A stretch of DNA of 64,000 nt from Octopus vulgaris. Lineage: Eukaryota. Numbering within the stretch: the first letter of the stretch is position 1; every line of letters begins with the position of its first letter. The notes beneath the pieces were generated by a model. It saw only the letters and a list, made by a program, of their open reading frames with translations, was not told the DNA's origin and did not search any database. The translations under genes were made by a program, and so were the position numbers. The stretch lies in the NCBI GenBank assembly GCA_951406725.2, contig OX597822.1, positions 62,496,001-62,560,000 on the forward strand, written 5' to 3'. Below, piece by piece: positions 27,851 to 40,748 of this stretch.

Positions 27851-28127
27851 TCAATTGTCTATGTACATAATTATGTGGTTTGACTTGCAGTTATTAAAGC
27901 GTTTAACTCTTATTTCTAGCAATGTATGTGTTTATAACACCATCAGTCATATTTAGTGAGTAATAGTAATCTCCTTGTTGATACATATTTGCATACTGTT
28001 GCCCAGATAAGTTATGTGTATACACATTAGCGATTTGCTAAATCATCCATACATTTCTATGGCGTAGATATATATGCTAAGAGTGATCGTCATCCGGAAT
28101 CAGCCGAGTTGGGCCGATCCCAGTAGA

Positions 28128-28643
28128 GATACATACATACATACATGGTGGCTGCCCCCTCGTTATCGAGTATGCCCATTGCACGAAGCTTAATCAATGT
28201 TGTTATCGTGCAATGCCTGTGCAAGAAGATTTTTTTTTAAGTGAGGAAAGGCTGTGCACTGAGTCAATCCCACTCACTAAGCAACAGCAGCCATAATCCG
28301 AAAAGAAGAACAAGTCAACACCATCAGTAACCACTGAGCCGCAGGTTTTATGTCGGAGTTATCCCAATTATCTGAGTTACCTTCTAGAAGGATGCCCTAA
28401 CAAAGGCTAGGAGTCCTTCACTCCCAATGGTTTAACCGTGCGATCGGGTATTCAGTCCGATTATTTCTATGTCCCTGCACATGATATAGCCTTAAGACAT
28501 TTATTGGATGGCCGTTGATTCTCAAGAGTTCCTCCGCCCTTTGACGGGTTTTGTTTTTCATCCTGCAGGGTGTCCAATAATCACGCTCCTCACCAAGCAA
28601 GCTTGGTGGGGTTGCCGGTTTAGTTGCCGACGACCCGACCATG
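28128..28643 (-). mobile_element. Short non-coding RTE-like element (RTE-type 5' UTR joined to RTE-type 3' end)
   Basis: 5' ggcaactaaaccggcaaccccacc...ggtgaggag.gtg...caccctgcagg..gaaaaacaa..cc.gtcaaagggcggagga; 3' ...catactcgataacgagggggcagccacc(atgt)n; family recognised from memory only. Confidence 0.55.
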
Positions 28644-28654
28644 CATACATACAT

Positions 28655-29500
28655 AGCGAAGACACTAGAATTGACACGAAACGCAGACTCTGTGAGACAC
28701 AAGACCATTACATCACATCACACTTTGAAGGCTATGCGTTTGCAATCCAGGAACACGAGATTGCTACAAAGTACCTGGTGAACAAGAGAGACAGTGACGC
28801 TCTCGTAATCCCAAGGTGCAACTGCATGTGTAGGCTATGTAATGTTTCTGTGGAAGGCATTATGCATGTGATTAGCAGCTGTCCTAAAATGTCGTCACGG
28901 TACTACCTCCCTATGCGGCACGATGTTGTTGCTAAAACAATTTATAATGCCATCTGTAAAAAAGGCTGTCCTACAATATACTTAGAAAATCCCTCTGTTA
29001 TGGAATATATTCATAAACACCAACTCGAAGAATACTGGTGGAATATTCCCATCAAATGTAAGCATAACAGGCCAGATATTGTTGTTTGGGAAAGTGATAC
29101 ACAGGTATGTGCCATCATAGAGGTTAACTGTCCTGCAGGTACAAATATCTTTTTGAAAATCAAAGAAAAAGAGGATATCTATGGACAACTTCGAAACCTC
29201 CAGCTTCTATATCCAAACTATGAATTCATATTCATGCCAATAATAATTGGAGCACTAGGTTTTGTTAATAAATCCTTAAAAAAGAATCTCGATAAACTGG
29301 GATTTTCAGAAAATGAAATTGACCTGTAGATTCGTACATTACAAGTCCAATCTGTGAGTAGAACAATAAAAATATGCAAGACTTTTCTCAAGTTCCAACA
29401 GTGAATTTGTTTGAGTTAACTACATCCCATAGATGGAGTCTTGTATCTTTGTTGGAAACCGACACCCTCCTCAATGGATGATTTATAGTAATTAAAACAT
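28655..29500 (+). mobile_element. 5'-truncated R4/Dong-like non-LTR retrotransposon (zinc knuckle + restriction-like endonuclease)
   Basis: CRLC..SVEGIMHVISSC, RHDVVA, NRPDIVVW, IIEV, K.KEDIY, IIIGALG; ORF track 28508-29329 (its N-terminus comes from the neighbouring element); further remnant at ~61990-62280. Confidence 0.85.
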
Positions 29501-29994
29501 TGAAAAGACATACATGCATACATACGTATTTGAAAAGATAAGTGGAGATGGCCTTTTTTTGGATAATTTTTCTTCTTTTTTTCTTTTGTTTCAGTCATTT
29601 GACTGCGGGCATGCTGGAGCTACACCTTTAGTCGAGCAAATCGACCCCAGGGCTTATTCTATCTGTCTCTCTTGCCGAACCGCTAAGTGACGGGGACGTA
29701 AACACACCAGCATCGGTTGTCAAGCGATGTTGAGGGGACAAATAAAAACACACAAACATATACATGCATATATACATACACACACACATATATATATATA
29801 TGTACGTACTTACCACACAACCACTCTTGCGCCTATAATCTTTATTTTAATAATAATTTTTTACAAAGAGTGACTCTGATATGAGTTTTGAGCCTGAAAA
29901 ACGTCGAGTAAAACATATATTTGTAATCATTATAATCAAAATACGAATTATCCCCCAAAAGCCATCTCCATTCATATTTTGAAATATATAATAC

Positions 29995-30410
29995 TCTTTT
30001 CTATACTAGGAACAAAGCCCGACATTTTTGGGGAGGAGGCCAGTCGATTAGATCAACTCCAGTATGCAATTGGTACTTAATTTATTGACCCCAAAAGCAT
30101 GAAAATCAAAGTCGACCTCGGCGGAATTTGAACTCAGAACGTAAAAACAGACGAAATACCGCTAAACATTTCGCCCTCCGTGCTTCTTATTTCTTTATGG
30201 CCCACAAGGGGCTACACACAGAGGGAACAAACAAAGACAGACAAACGGATTAAGTCGATTATATCGACCCCAGTACTTATTTAATCGACCCCGAAAGGAT
30301 GAAAGGCAAAGTCGACCTCGGTGGAATTTGAACTCAGAACGTAGTGGCAGACGAAAATCCGCTAAGCATTCCGCCTGGCGTGCTAACGTTTCTGCCAGCT
30401 CGCTTTCTTA
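29995..30410 (-). mobile_element. Two adjacent Deu/Nin-core SINE copies
   Basis: tcgaccccgaaaggatgaaaggcaaagtcgacctcg..ggaatttgaactcag occurs twice. Confidence 0.8.
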
Positions 30411-30453
30411 AGACATATTCTTTTTCTTATTCTACTATGTGTGTGTGTGGTGT

Positions 30454-30514
<61 letters not shown>

Positions 30515-30516
<2 letters not shown>

Positions 30517-30885
30517 AGTCGCAATGTCCCAGTGGTTAGGGCAGCGGACTCGCAGTCGTAGGATCGCGGTTTTGATTCTTAGACTGGGCGTTTTTTTATA
30601 TTTATTAAGCGAAAACACCTAAAGGTCCACAATGCTCCGGCAGGGATGGGTGGCGAACCCTGCTATACTCTTTCACCACAACTTTCACTCTCTCTTTCTT
30701 CCTACTTCTGTTGTACCTGTATTTCAAAGGGCCAGCCTTATCACATTCTGTGTCAGACTGAATCTCCCCGAGAACTACGTTAAGGATACATGTGTCTGTG
30801 GAGTGCTCAGACACGTGCACGTTAATGCTGTTCCGTTGATCGGATCAACTGGTACCCACGTCGTCGTAATCGACGGAGTGCCACG
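30515..30885 (+). mobile_element. tRNA-derived SINE (head type 2, tail A)
   Basis: Box A tgtcccagtggttagg, box B-like gttttgattc; tail gtacctgtatttcaaagggccagcc...gtcgtcgtaatcgacggagtgc. Confidence 0.82.
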
Positions 30886-31649
30886 ATATATATATATATA
30901 TATATATACGCACACACACATATATATAAACACATGCACACATACATACACACGTACATACATAATAAGTACGTACATACATACATCATATGACACATAT
31001 ATATATATATATATAATACATATATCATATTCATTATAAATACCATATATGTATGCAAATTATTGCTTGTTTCGCATTTCACAAAATATTTATTCTAAAA
31101 TGGCTCCCTGAAGGTTTTAACATTCTGAGTTATTACTTGCAATACTGCTAACCAATTTCCTGTTTCGGAATTGGCAAACAGATAATAAATATGTTTTTGG
31201 AAATCACACATTTTTTTTACACATTAACTAAATACACTGCCGTTAGCAACTAAATACACTTACGTTAAAAAATGTGGCAACTAGCATTATGCTTGGATAT
31301 TTGGCGGTTAATTTATAACGAATAGAACTGTTAGAATTTTATAGGTGACTTTGGAATTAATATTTTTATTAAAACATTTATTTCATGAAATAGGATAAAA
31401 TTTATTTGTATGCCAATGAATGTGCAGTCTTGAGACTGAATATCTTTGAATAGCATGGTCTTTGTTTTAAATTTGTCACATCTTCTGTGGAAGATATTAA
31501 TTATTAATTTTTTCATCTTTACGTTAGGATATAAACATACACTAGAAAAATCTTACATGATATTACCCATGGAGAATTACTTGTTTAATTCTCTTTGCCT
31601 TCCTGTTGTGACAATGTTACAAACATTATTGAATATGTGGTATGTGTAT

Positions 31650-31928
31650 CATTGGCGATTTTCTTTCTCCGTCTTCCCTTCCTTGGACGATTCCTTTTTC
31701 TATGTTTCTGACGAAGAGCTCTGCTTGAAACGTTAAATCCTCCTTCTTTCTTTCCTTTCCTGAGCCTCCAATAACACTATACTTGTTCCATGTCCTCACG
31801 TTCTTTCTCTTTGTTCATGTTGGATTAAGTGTATATATCTATATATATATATACATATATATACATATATATATACACACACGCACACGCACACACACGC
31901 ACACACACACACACACGCACACGCACAC

Positions 31929-31970
<42 letters not shown>

Positions 31971-32156
31971 GAAATTTACAGAAAAACAAAAAACGAAGAT
32001 AGGTGTATGAACAACAAGCAGGTGTATTAGTTTGATGCTTGGGAAAGTGAGAAGATGTTTTATGTTTGGATCCTGCGTTCTTCAACAGAAAGGAATAAGA
32101 GAAAATAAACAGAGAAAGAATAAAGAAAAACATTGATTTAGCGATCAACCATGGTG
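31650..32156. repeat. Two related hammerhead-bearing pLTR-like short repeats facing each other across a TA/CA microsatellite
   Basis: Plus: tttCTGACGA-A-GAGC-TCT-GCTT-GAAA-CGTT-aaa (31705-31737); minus: tttCTGTTGAAGAACGCAGGATCCAAACATAAAAC (~32058-32091, degenerate). Confidence 0.6.
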
Positions 32157-34741
32157 ACATATGTATGCATGCATGTATGTATGAATAGATGGATGTATCA
32201 TTCGCACATTCCGGAAAACGAATTTGCCTACTCATATTATGATATATCATGAGTAATAATACCTTCTACTAACAAGTCTCCTATCACCAGTCAAACTAAA
32301 ATTCATGTACTGTCCTGAAATGAGAAGCAATTAAAAATATACATTTATTCATCTCTCTCTCTCTCCCTCTCTGTCTTTCTCTATCCTTTCCCCTTTCTCT
32401 CCATCGTTCTTATACACAGACGCGTGCGCATGCATATATATATACCTAAGAACTCTCTTCCTACTTCTGGGTGACGAAATTACAATAAATTAGGCAACAA
32501 ACACTAAAAAAAGCAATAACAGGGACAATGATAAGAATTTCGCATGTCAGCACAAAGCCAGTCAGAATAAGAAACAGTCAGAAACCGTCAGACCATCCCA
32601 ATATTTAAGCGGTTCATGATGCTGCTACCAGTGACGACATTGTTGTTCCTAATGGTGCTCATAATCTCTGTGGTTGCTGCGGTGGTTGTGGTGGCCGTTG
32701 TAGTGGTAGGAGAGTATACATGGATATGGTAAAATTTGGTGGAGTTGAACGCTGCATTTCGTTGTTCTAATTCCAATATTTACGCAACCTTCTGCTGGGT
32801 CTGTTATCTTGTAATGATAGTGCTGGTAGTGGTAGTATCAGCACTGTTGCTATGGTATCAATGCTAAAGTATGCAGCGACGATACTTGGCACAGATTGAA
32901 CCCTGTCACACATACGCACTATGTTATAGCATTTTCTCTCACGTTGTTTATAGCGGTGTTTAGAAGTAAAGTGTGTAGATGTCATCTCAAAAGGAAGATC
33001 ATGTCGCAACTGTACAGGATCCCCTTGAGTGTGTTAAACAATCAAGTAGATTTTTCTGCAGCTGAAAATCGATTTTCTCTCGATGAAGTTTTTGAGGAAG
33101 ATGAAAACTCTCTGAAAACAATTATATAGTAGCATTTGAAGGAGTTAAATGCTGCACTTGGTTGATCTCATTCCAATTTTCCCACAACCCGTTACTGAGT
33201 CCGTTATCTTATTACTTGTAATGATAGCGCTGGCGGTGGTAGAAAAATTGCCGATGTTCTTGTTGTTGCTATCGCCACTGTCACTTGAAACTTTGCTGCT
33301 CTTGTTGTTATCGCCAATCTTGCTCGGAACATTGTTACTTTTTTTCCTGCTTTCGCCAATGTCGCTTGTTATTCTGGTTCTTGCTATCAGCGCTGTCACT
33401 CGAAATGTTGCTAACGTTGCTATTACCACTGTCACTCGATATGTCGTTGCTCTTGATGTTGCTATTGCCACTGTTACTCGAAATGTTGTTCTGATGGTTG
33501 TTATTACTTTTGTCATTCAAAACGTTTTCCTTGTTGCTATTACTACCACGGTCAAGTCGGATGGTCGTATCAGTGATAGTCACGCTGTTAATTATATCTC
33601 TTTAGAAAAGTTTGAACCAATAACGGAAAGCTTCCTCTCAAGTGACAGCGTTGTTTCCATTCATTCCCTACATCTCCCGTCATCCTATATTCTCTATAAT
33701 ACGCTCCTTGACTATACAATTATGATTTAAAATATGGAACGTAAGCATTTAAAAAAAATTATTTAGAACGTCTGTAGAGATTGGGGGACATAAGACGAGA
33801 TATCCTCTTTCTTCACAGTAACGCCCACAATGACATACGCAATGAGAACTGACAACAGGAAAATCGTAGTCAAAGAACTGAATAAAAATATAGAAATATA
33901 AAGCCTGAATTATGAAGATTGCCAAAATGTGGAAGATGAAAACCACTACGGTACCTGTGATTATAGGGCATACTGGGTAATAAATAAAGAATCAGAGAAA
34001 TTCATAGAGAAAACCGTGCTTAAAAGAAATGCAAAACCAGAATGGGCATTGCAAACATTTCACCACTATCACGTTAAATTCCATAGTTTCATAGAATTTT
34101 TATTGAACACTCCAGATTTCGACAATATACAATCATCAAATGAATTACGAACATTATATACGTTATCTACCTCTGATGTCTGGCTGGCGCCTGCTGGATG
34201 CCATTTGCATACAACATATTATCAAGGAAAAACTTTTCATCATAATTATAATGATAACGGAAAATGTTGATATAAAAACCACAACGAAACAAATTTTTCT
34301 ATGGGAATCAAAAGGTTTAGCATAAATTGTCTAGTAAGATATAAAATATCTGGTATGGGTTGATAGGTGAAAACGAAGTAAAAATAAATAAATATATAAA
34401 CAATTAGTTTCAATAAATTTATATTGACAAGTTTTTCCCTTCTGGACAATTGAGCTTCAGTTAATCGATAGTTATCATCCTACACAATTCACACAAGAAT
34501 GGTACTAAGAATAATGACGAGTAAAAATAATAACTATAGCAGTAGTAGTAGTAGTAGTAGTAGTGATGGTGGTGGTGGTGGTGGTGGTGGTGGTAGTGGT
34601 GCTGGAGGAGGTGGGGGTACATATTGTTGTTCGAAAACAAAGGGCAGAGTAGGGATAGAGGCCGCCAATGAAGATGAGAACGTTGGTGAATAATACTAAA
34701 AATCATTATTATTATTATCGTCATCAGCATCATCATCGTTA

Positions 34742-34790
<49 letters not shown>

Positions 34791-34844
34791 CATTATTATT
34801 ATTATTATTACTATTGTTGTTGTTGTTGTCGTCGTCGTCGTCGT

Positions 34845-36600
34845 CGAGATAAGACGTGTTTTTCAGAGCTCCGTCAGGTTGAAATTTGCTGTTATTTTTC
34901 AAGTTTATTGACTGTTTGTTTGTTGGTTTTTGTTTTCCGAACCCCTTTTGGTGTGCAGAAGGGGTTCTTTTGTTGAAAATTTCCCCCTTTTAGGGTTGAA
35001 TCTTGGACTTTTTGTCCATTAAAAAAATATTCTTGTTTCTTCGTCTAACGAAAAATCAAGATGGCTTCCTATGTCGAGGGTAGTGGCAGTGGCTGTTCTG
35101 ACAACCAGTACAGCCAAGATTTCCTGCCTCTGAACATTACAAGTAGCAGTACGAATTTCACTCATAACATCTTCCCCACGTTTGACACAGAAATAGAAAA
35201 ATAGAAAAAGTCAAGTCGACACCGCCAACGTCACCACCGACATGAACACAGTAAACGCAAACGAAAAGGAAGAATCAAATAAGAAAAACAATGTCAAACA
35301 CAGCGGCAACAGTTTCATCTCGGCAGTGAAACAAATGAGAGAGCTAATTTATTTAATGAGTTAAAAAATGTCAAACGTTTGTTGAGGGAGGAAGAAAATA
35401 TTTTCCTTAACACACCACAAGAACTTATAAAGAAAACACAGGAGAAAACAGTAATCTATAAATTATTGCATATTTTAAAAAAAGAGTAGAAGGAGCAACT
35501 CAACAGCAACTAGAGATTGCGTTGAAACCTATATGGACGAGTAATACCTATGTGACGCGAGGACATGGAAGTACGCTTCGCAACAGTTGAAGAAGTAAGA
35601 CAGCATTCCACAGTGTCACTGGGGAATTCCTGCTCGTGTCAACATACCTAGGTCGGCACGAGCAGGAATTGGGGAGGTACCCGCGGAAATAGATATGCTT
35701 CGCTGGTGTTGGCTGTCCTCTATGATATAGAGGATAGCACCAATATACTGGAGGTGCATAAATTGCACCAACAAAATTGGACGGATCAGGGATTGGAGCT
35801 TCTTGTTTAAATTGAACAAGAGGCCCTAAATTCTATCCCTGACGCCATTAATTTACCAGACGGCACCAGACTGCACGTGGCCGTAGAGGGCAGACGGCCG
35901 AGGTGCTACTTTTGTGGGAGCGACCAGCACCTCAAGGTCGACTGCCCTAAGCACAAAGTGATGCGAAGGAAGCTGCAAGCGGCAGCAGAATCAGGAGCAT
36001 CTCCCATGCAGCATCAGCAACCCTAGCAGCAGCAGAAACCAGCCCCATCACCACCAACAACGAGGCCGCCTCCAGCCGTTGTCAGGACACCACCAATCCC
36101 AACACCAACAAAACAGGTTGGGGTACCACCAACAACACCAGTCGGAGTACCACCACCAGCAACATTTGAACCCAAGCAAGACAAACAACCAGAGAATATC
36201 CCTCTTCCCGACCAAAACAACTCAAACTGATCGAGTACTGAGGCCGAGAAGAGAGAGTGGCAAACTGTTCCCCCGCCCCCCAAAAAGGAAAAGAATGACA
36301 GTAGAAAAAAGAGGGAGAAGCGCAAACAGGAGGAATTTCCCAACAGCAGCAACAAACAAACACAGCAAACAACAACAACAACAACACCAACACTACCACC
36401 ACAAAGACCGACACAGTACACAGCACAAACAGACTGCACAAACACCACCAACCTCACAGCCATCGACACCGACAACACACACCTTGTTAAATACATCAGA
36501 CAACGCACAGACACCACAACGGAATACTTTTTTCTTCCCAACACACAAAGCACCACCACCACACATACAAATTTTACAGTTTGTGAAAGACACTTTTCCA
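34845..36600 (+). mobile_element. Decayed L1/Tx1-like ORF1 (gag-like) element
   Basis: VEGRRPRCYFCGSDQHLKVDCP zinc knuckle (~35883-35948), Pro/Thr/Gln-rich tail, EWQTV motif; 5' end gacgtgtttttca after a microsatellite. Confidence 0.7.
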
Positions 36601-36685
36601 CAGCTCGTCTCTTTGACTGAGTTGCAATCCTGGATTAGGCGAAGACCGAGGAGGGGCGCTTGGCACCTCGAGTGCCGACAAGCGC

Positions 36686-38880
36686 TCACAGCCCTCCGCC
36701 AGACTGTAGTGGTGCTGGTCTTGTTATTTCGTTTGTATCTGTGTGTGTTGTGAGTGTACTATCTGCAACTTTAGATGTTTGCATGAGTGTTTGTTCTTGT
36801 ATCTGTTCAGGTTGTTTGCGTTTGAGGGATTCTGACGATAGTGATGGTGTTGGTTGTGTTGGTGGTGGTGTTGGTGTTATTGAGGAGATGTTTGCGTGAG
36901 TGGTGTTTGTATTTTTTATTGTGGGCGTTGTTAAGCTTTGTGGAGTTTTTATTGTGCCTACTTTTTTTTTGTTTTTCGGGGCCTTTTGGTTTTCCTTCAT
37001 CTTCACTACTGGAAGATGAGGGTCTGTTGCAGTAAGTGTGTCTGTGTCTGTGTGCATGCTTATATTCCTGCATATGTGTGTATTTTTGTTTGGTGTAAGA
37101 GCGTTTACTCTTAGGGTGGTTAATGTCTTTGGTGTTGTTGGTGCTGGATCTGTTTGCGGTCCTCGTCCCGGCGTAGGCAGCAGTGGAGGCCTTTGATCCC
37201 ATGAATCTTTTACCAGTTGGGGATAGCATGCTCGCAAATACGTAGTTTCTCCACAGGCGAAACAATGCGGCCTTTTGCCCTGTGTCATTATGTGTATCGC
37301 TGTCCCGTTCTGGAGACGGATGTGGTCCAGGATTTTTATGTTTTCGGGTCTGATCTGGAGACGTATCTCCAGTTCAACCCCGGACCAGTCCTCCCTGGCA
37401 GTTTGTGTCACTTCTATCGGGACGGTATCTATCCCCTCCACAATTACGCATCCCATCATATCCAGGTCTGATCCTAGGAATGTGGAACGTGCTGTACGTT
37501 TCCTCATGTGGGAGGGGTACATAATGACTTTACTGGTTTTGAAAGGGGTCATTGAATGTTTCATTGCGAGGGCTTCTGATTTAAACAACACCGAAAGGGT
37601 ACCGTATTGTTTGGCACTCGCTGTGTACTCGATGTCATCTCTGATGCACCTCAGTGCTGCTTCAATATCTACTATTAAGGCCGTTCTTTTCGTCTCTGCT
37701 GAGATGCATCTGAAAAGCACCGTTCTTTTCTCCAATACTTCAATTGCCTCTGACGGAATAGTTAGGTTGGCCCACGTTTTTATTGTTTAATCAGTCTTCA
37801 TGCCTATATCAACATTTCATTTTTATTTGTGAGGGTCACGGTAAAGCGTCGCTTCTTTTTCGCTGCTGTTGCTGCGAACGTACGTTTGTTGTTGGTAATA
37901 TTCTTGTTGCTGTTGTTGTTGTTACTGCTACTGCTGCCGTTGATATTGATATTGTTATTCTTGTCGATGTTGTTGGTATTGATTTATTGATTTTGTGGCT
38001 GTTGTCACTTTTGCTATTATTGTTGCTGTTGCTGTTGAGCGAACGGTCTTCGTCCCAGAGCTCGCAAGATGGGAGAAGTCCGAAACGTGGTCCTTTGCTA
38101 TTCGTAAGACCCGCAGAAGAGAAAGCAGGTCAACCCCTACACCGAGAGCATCGACGGATGGATGAATGCGCCTCCAGGCTCAGCGGTTGCGTAGGAAGCC
38201 AGGGACAAGAAACAGAAAGACAGAGTGAGAGAAAGTTGGGGCGAAAGAGTACAACAGGGGTCGCCACCACCCACTGCCGGAGCCTCGTGGAGCTTTAGGT
38301 GTTTTCGCTCAATAAACACACACACAACGCCCGGTCTGGGAATCGAAACCGCAATCCTACGACCGCGAGTCCGCTGCCCTAACCACTGGGCTATTGCGCC
38401 TCCACTGTTGTTGCTGTTGTTGCCTTCGCTGCTGCTGCTGCTGTTGTCACTACTATTGCTGTTGCTGTTACTGCTCCTACTGCTGTTACTACGTGGTGGA
38501 CTTTGTACTGTATCAGTCTCGTTTTTCTCCTCTCCTACTCCTGTATTATTGTCACTAACGGAAAGAAGGGGTGGGAAATTTTCAGCAGTCACCACACTCA
38601 TGGGAGGAGCTGTTTTCTTTTTTCTCAACTCTTTCAAGATGCGCTCCGCTATCTTTTTAAGTTGTGTTTGATTAAATTAAATTAAACACCCACCGAACTT
38701 ATTTGATGGGCTGAATATATCCCTTCGAGAGGCTGAGCAACCATAGAAAACCAGTAACAGGTTCCTGGTGTTTCTATTAACAACTTGGAATAAAATAGAT
38801 AATTAAAAAAAACACCAAATAAATGTTTTAAGCTGCACCAACATGGCGCGTTTGAAAACACGTCCTTTGTATTCCCCAAG
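36686..38880 (-). mobile_element. Second L1/Tx1-like ORF1 element (ORF 36686-37735, 349 aa), interrupted by a SINE
   Basis: RTVLFRCI...QYGTLSVLF (RRM-like), TQGKRPHCFACGETTYLRACYP (degenerate CCHC); N-terminal part ENFPPL at ~38570; 5' end gacgtgttttca. Confidence 0.7.
38040..38404 (-). mobile_element. tRNA-derived SINE (head type 2, tail B)
   Basis: ggaggcgcaatagcccagtggttagggcagcggactcgcggtcgtagg...gtttcgattccc. Confidence 0.85.
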
Positions 38881-38882
38881 TA

Positions 38883-39021
<139 letters not shown>

Positions 39022-39442
39022 GTTGTTGTTGTTGTTGTTGACAAAAGATTAAAAGATCGCATCGTGAAAGACACATGTTAGCCGTTCAGAAACAAACTTC
39101 ACTTCAACACTTATTGTTTGCATTCGTCGTTCCAAAATAGCAACCTGGCCACTGACAGCGTTGTTGCCATGCATGTACATTTCTATAATATAGAAATCTA
39201 CAGAATAGTTTAATCGTGTCAAAAAATTACCCTGCGTTCAATGCGGTCGTGTTACAGGTGCGAGACCAGGTGTAGTAAGCTAGGGAGCTGGATGAGCATA
39301 ATAAGTCTGCCAGGCACAGTGAATATTGTTTATGATAAAATATTGACAATAAGCCGAAATGGTACAGACTGTTAGCACAAGCTTACGAAAGATGGCTTAC
39401 TGTGCTTTGACAGTTATATGGTAATATTAAATAATCTCATTA

Positions 39443-39754
39443 GAGCACTCCGTCGGTTACGACGACGAGGGTCCCGGCTGATACGATCAACGGAACAGCT
39501 TGCTCGTAAAATTAACGTGCAAGTGGCTGAGTATTCCACAGACACGTGTACCCTTAAAGTAGTTCTCAGGGAGATTCAGCGTGACATAGAATGTGACAAG
39601 GCTGGCCTTTTGAAATACAGGTACTACTCATTTTTGTCAGCTGAGTGGAGCAACGTGAAATAAAGTGTCTTGCGCAAGGACACAACACGTTGCTGGGAAT
39701 CGAACTCACAACTGATCATGAGCCGAATGCCCTAACCACTAAGCCACGGCCCTC
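39443..39754 (-). mobile_element. SINE (head type 1-like, tail A)
   Basis: gtggcttagtggttagggcattcggctcatgatc...gttcgattccc; tail shared with the 30515 element. Confidence 0.8.
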
Positions 39755-39974
39755 ACTAATCTCTTTATATCTCCTACCTCAACATACATAAACCGCACCT
39801 GACATGTTGCTAAATTTAATGACTGTTTCCTTTCAGAAACATTAAAATGTATCTAAATGAACATTCTGTAAGAAAAATGAAAGGAATTTTCAATGATTCA
39901 TACGCGTGTCAGCTATTTGTAACGAGCAGAAAACAACAAAGCCAAAGAGGTGTGCTACCGTGGCGTAAAAAAAA

Positions 39975-40473
39975 TGCGCATTTTCTTAAAGCCTAGCCAG
40001 GCTCATGGGCCCGGTTTCCCGGTTTCTATGGCGTATGTGCTACCCAGCTAGACGGGACGCCAGTCCATCGTATTTTTAGTCATTTTTGCCAGCTGAGTGG
40101 ACTGGAGCAACGTGAAACGAAGTGTTTTGTTCAAGAACAAAACGCGTCGTCCGGTCCAGGTATCGAAACCACAATCTTATGATCATGATGCTGATACCAT
40201 AACCACTAAGCCACGCGCTTCCACTTGCGCCCTTTTAAAGCCTAGCCAGGCTCATGGGCCCGGTTTCCCGGTTACCATAGCGTATGTGTTCCCCAACTGG
40301 ACGGGACGCTAGTCCATCGCAGCGTTACTCATTTTTGTCAGTTGAGTGGACTGGAGCAACGTGAAATGAAGTGTTTTGTTCAAGAACACAACGCGTCGCT
40401 CGGTCCAGAAATCGAAACCACAATCTTATGATCATGATGCTGAGACCCTAACCACTAAGCCACGCGCCTCCAC
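39975..40473 (-). mobile_element. Head-to-tail dimer of SINE (head type 1, V-domain-like tail)
   Basis: Two ~250-bp copies (39975-40225, 40226-40473) with gatggact.gcgtcccgtc.ag. Confidence 0.85.
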
Positions 40474-40703
40474 CTACAATGGCGTAGTAACACAAAATAT
40501 CATAGCCCAAAGTACGAGGTTTTACATCCTGTACGGCAATTCTATTCTCCCAAATACAAGCAACTGTGCAGTTGATCTGGACGTATATAAAGTCGAAACA
40601 GAGTACGTGTATAACGTAGTTTATGTATGATAAATTTATGGTTTCAGATCTTATTCCAATAAAACAATAAAATGCCATCATATGGAATGTACATGCACAC
40701 AAC

Positions 40704-40744
<41 letters not shown>

Positions 40745-40748
<4 letters not shown>

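Noticed and set aside
33149-33730. 193-aa hydrophobic 'membrane protein' ORF
   Set aside because: Antisense reading of AAC/AGC-rich degenerate repeats; the hydrophobicity is compositional
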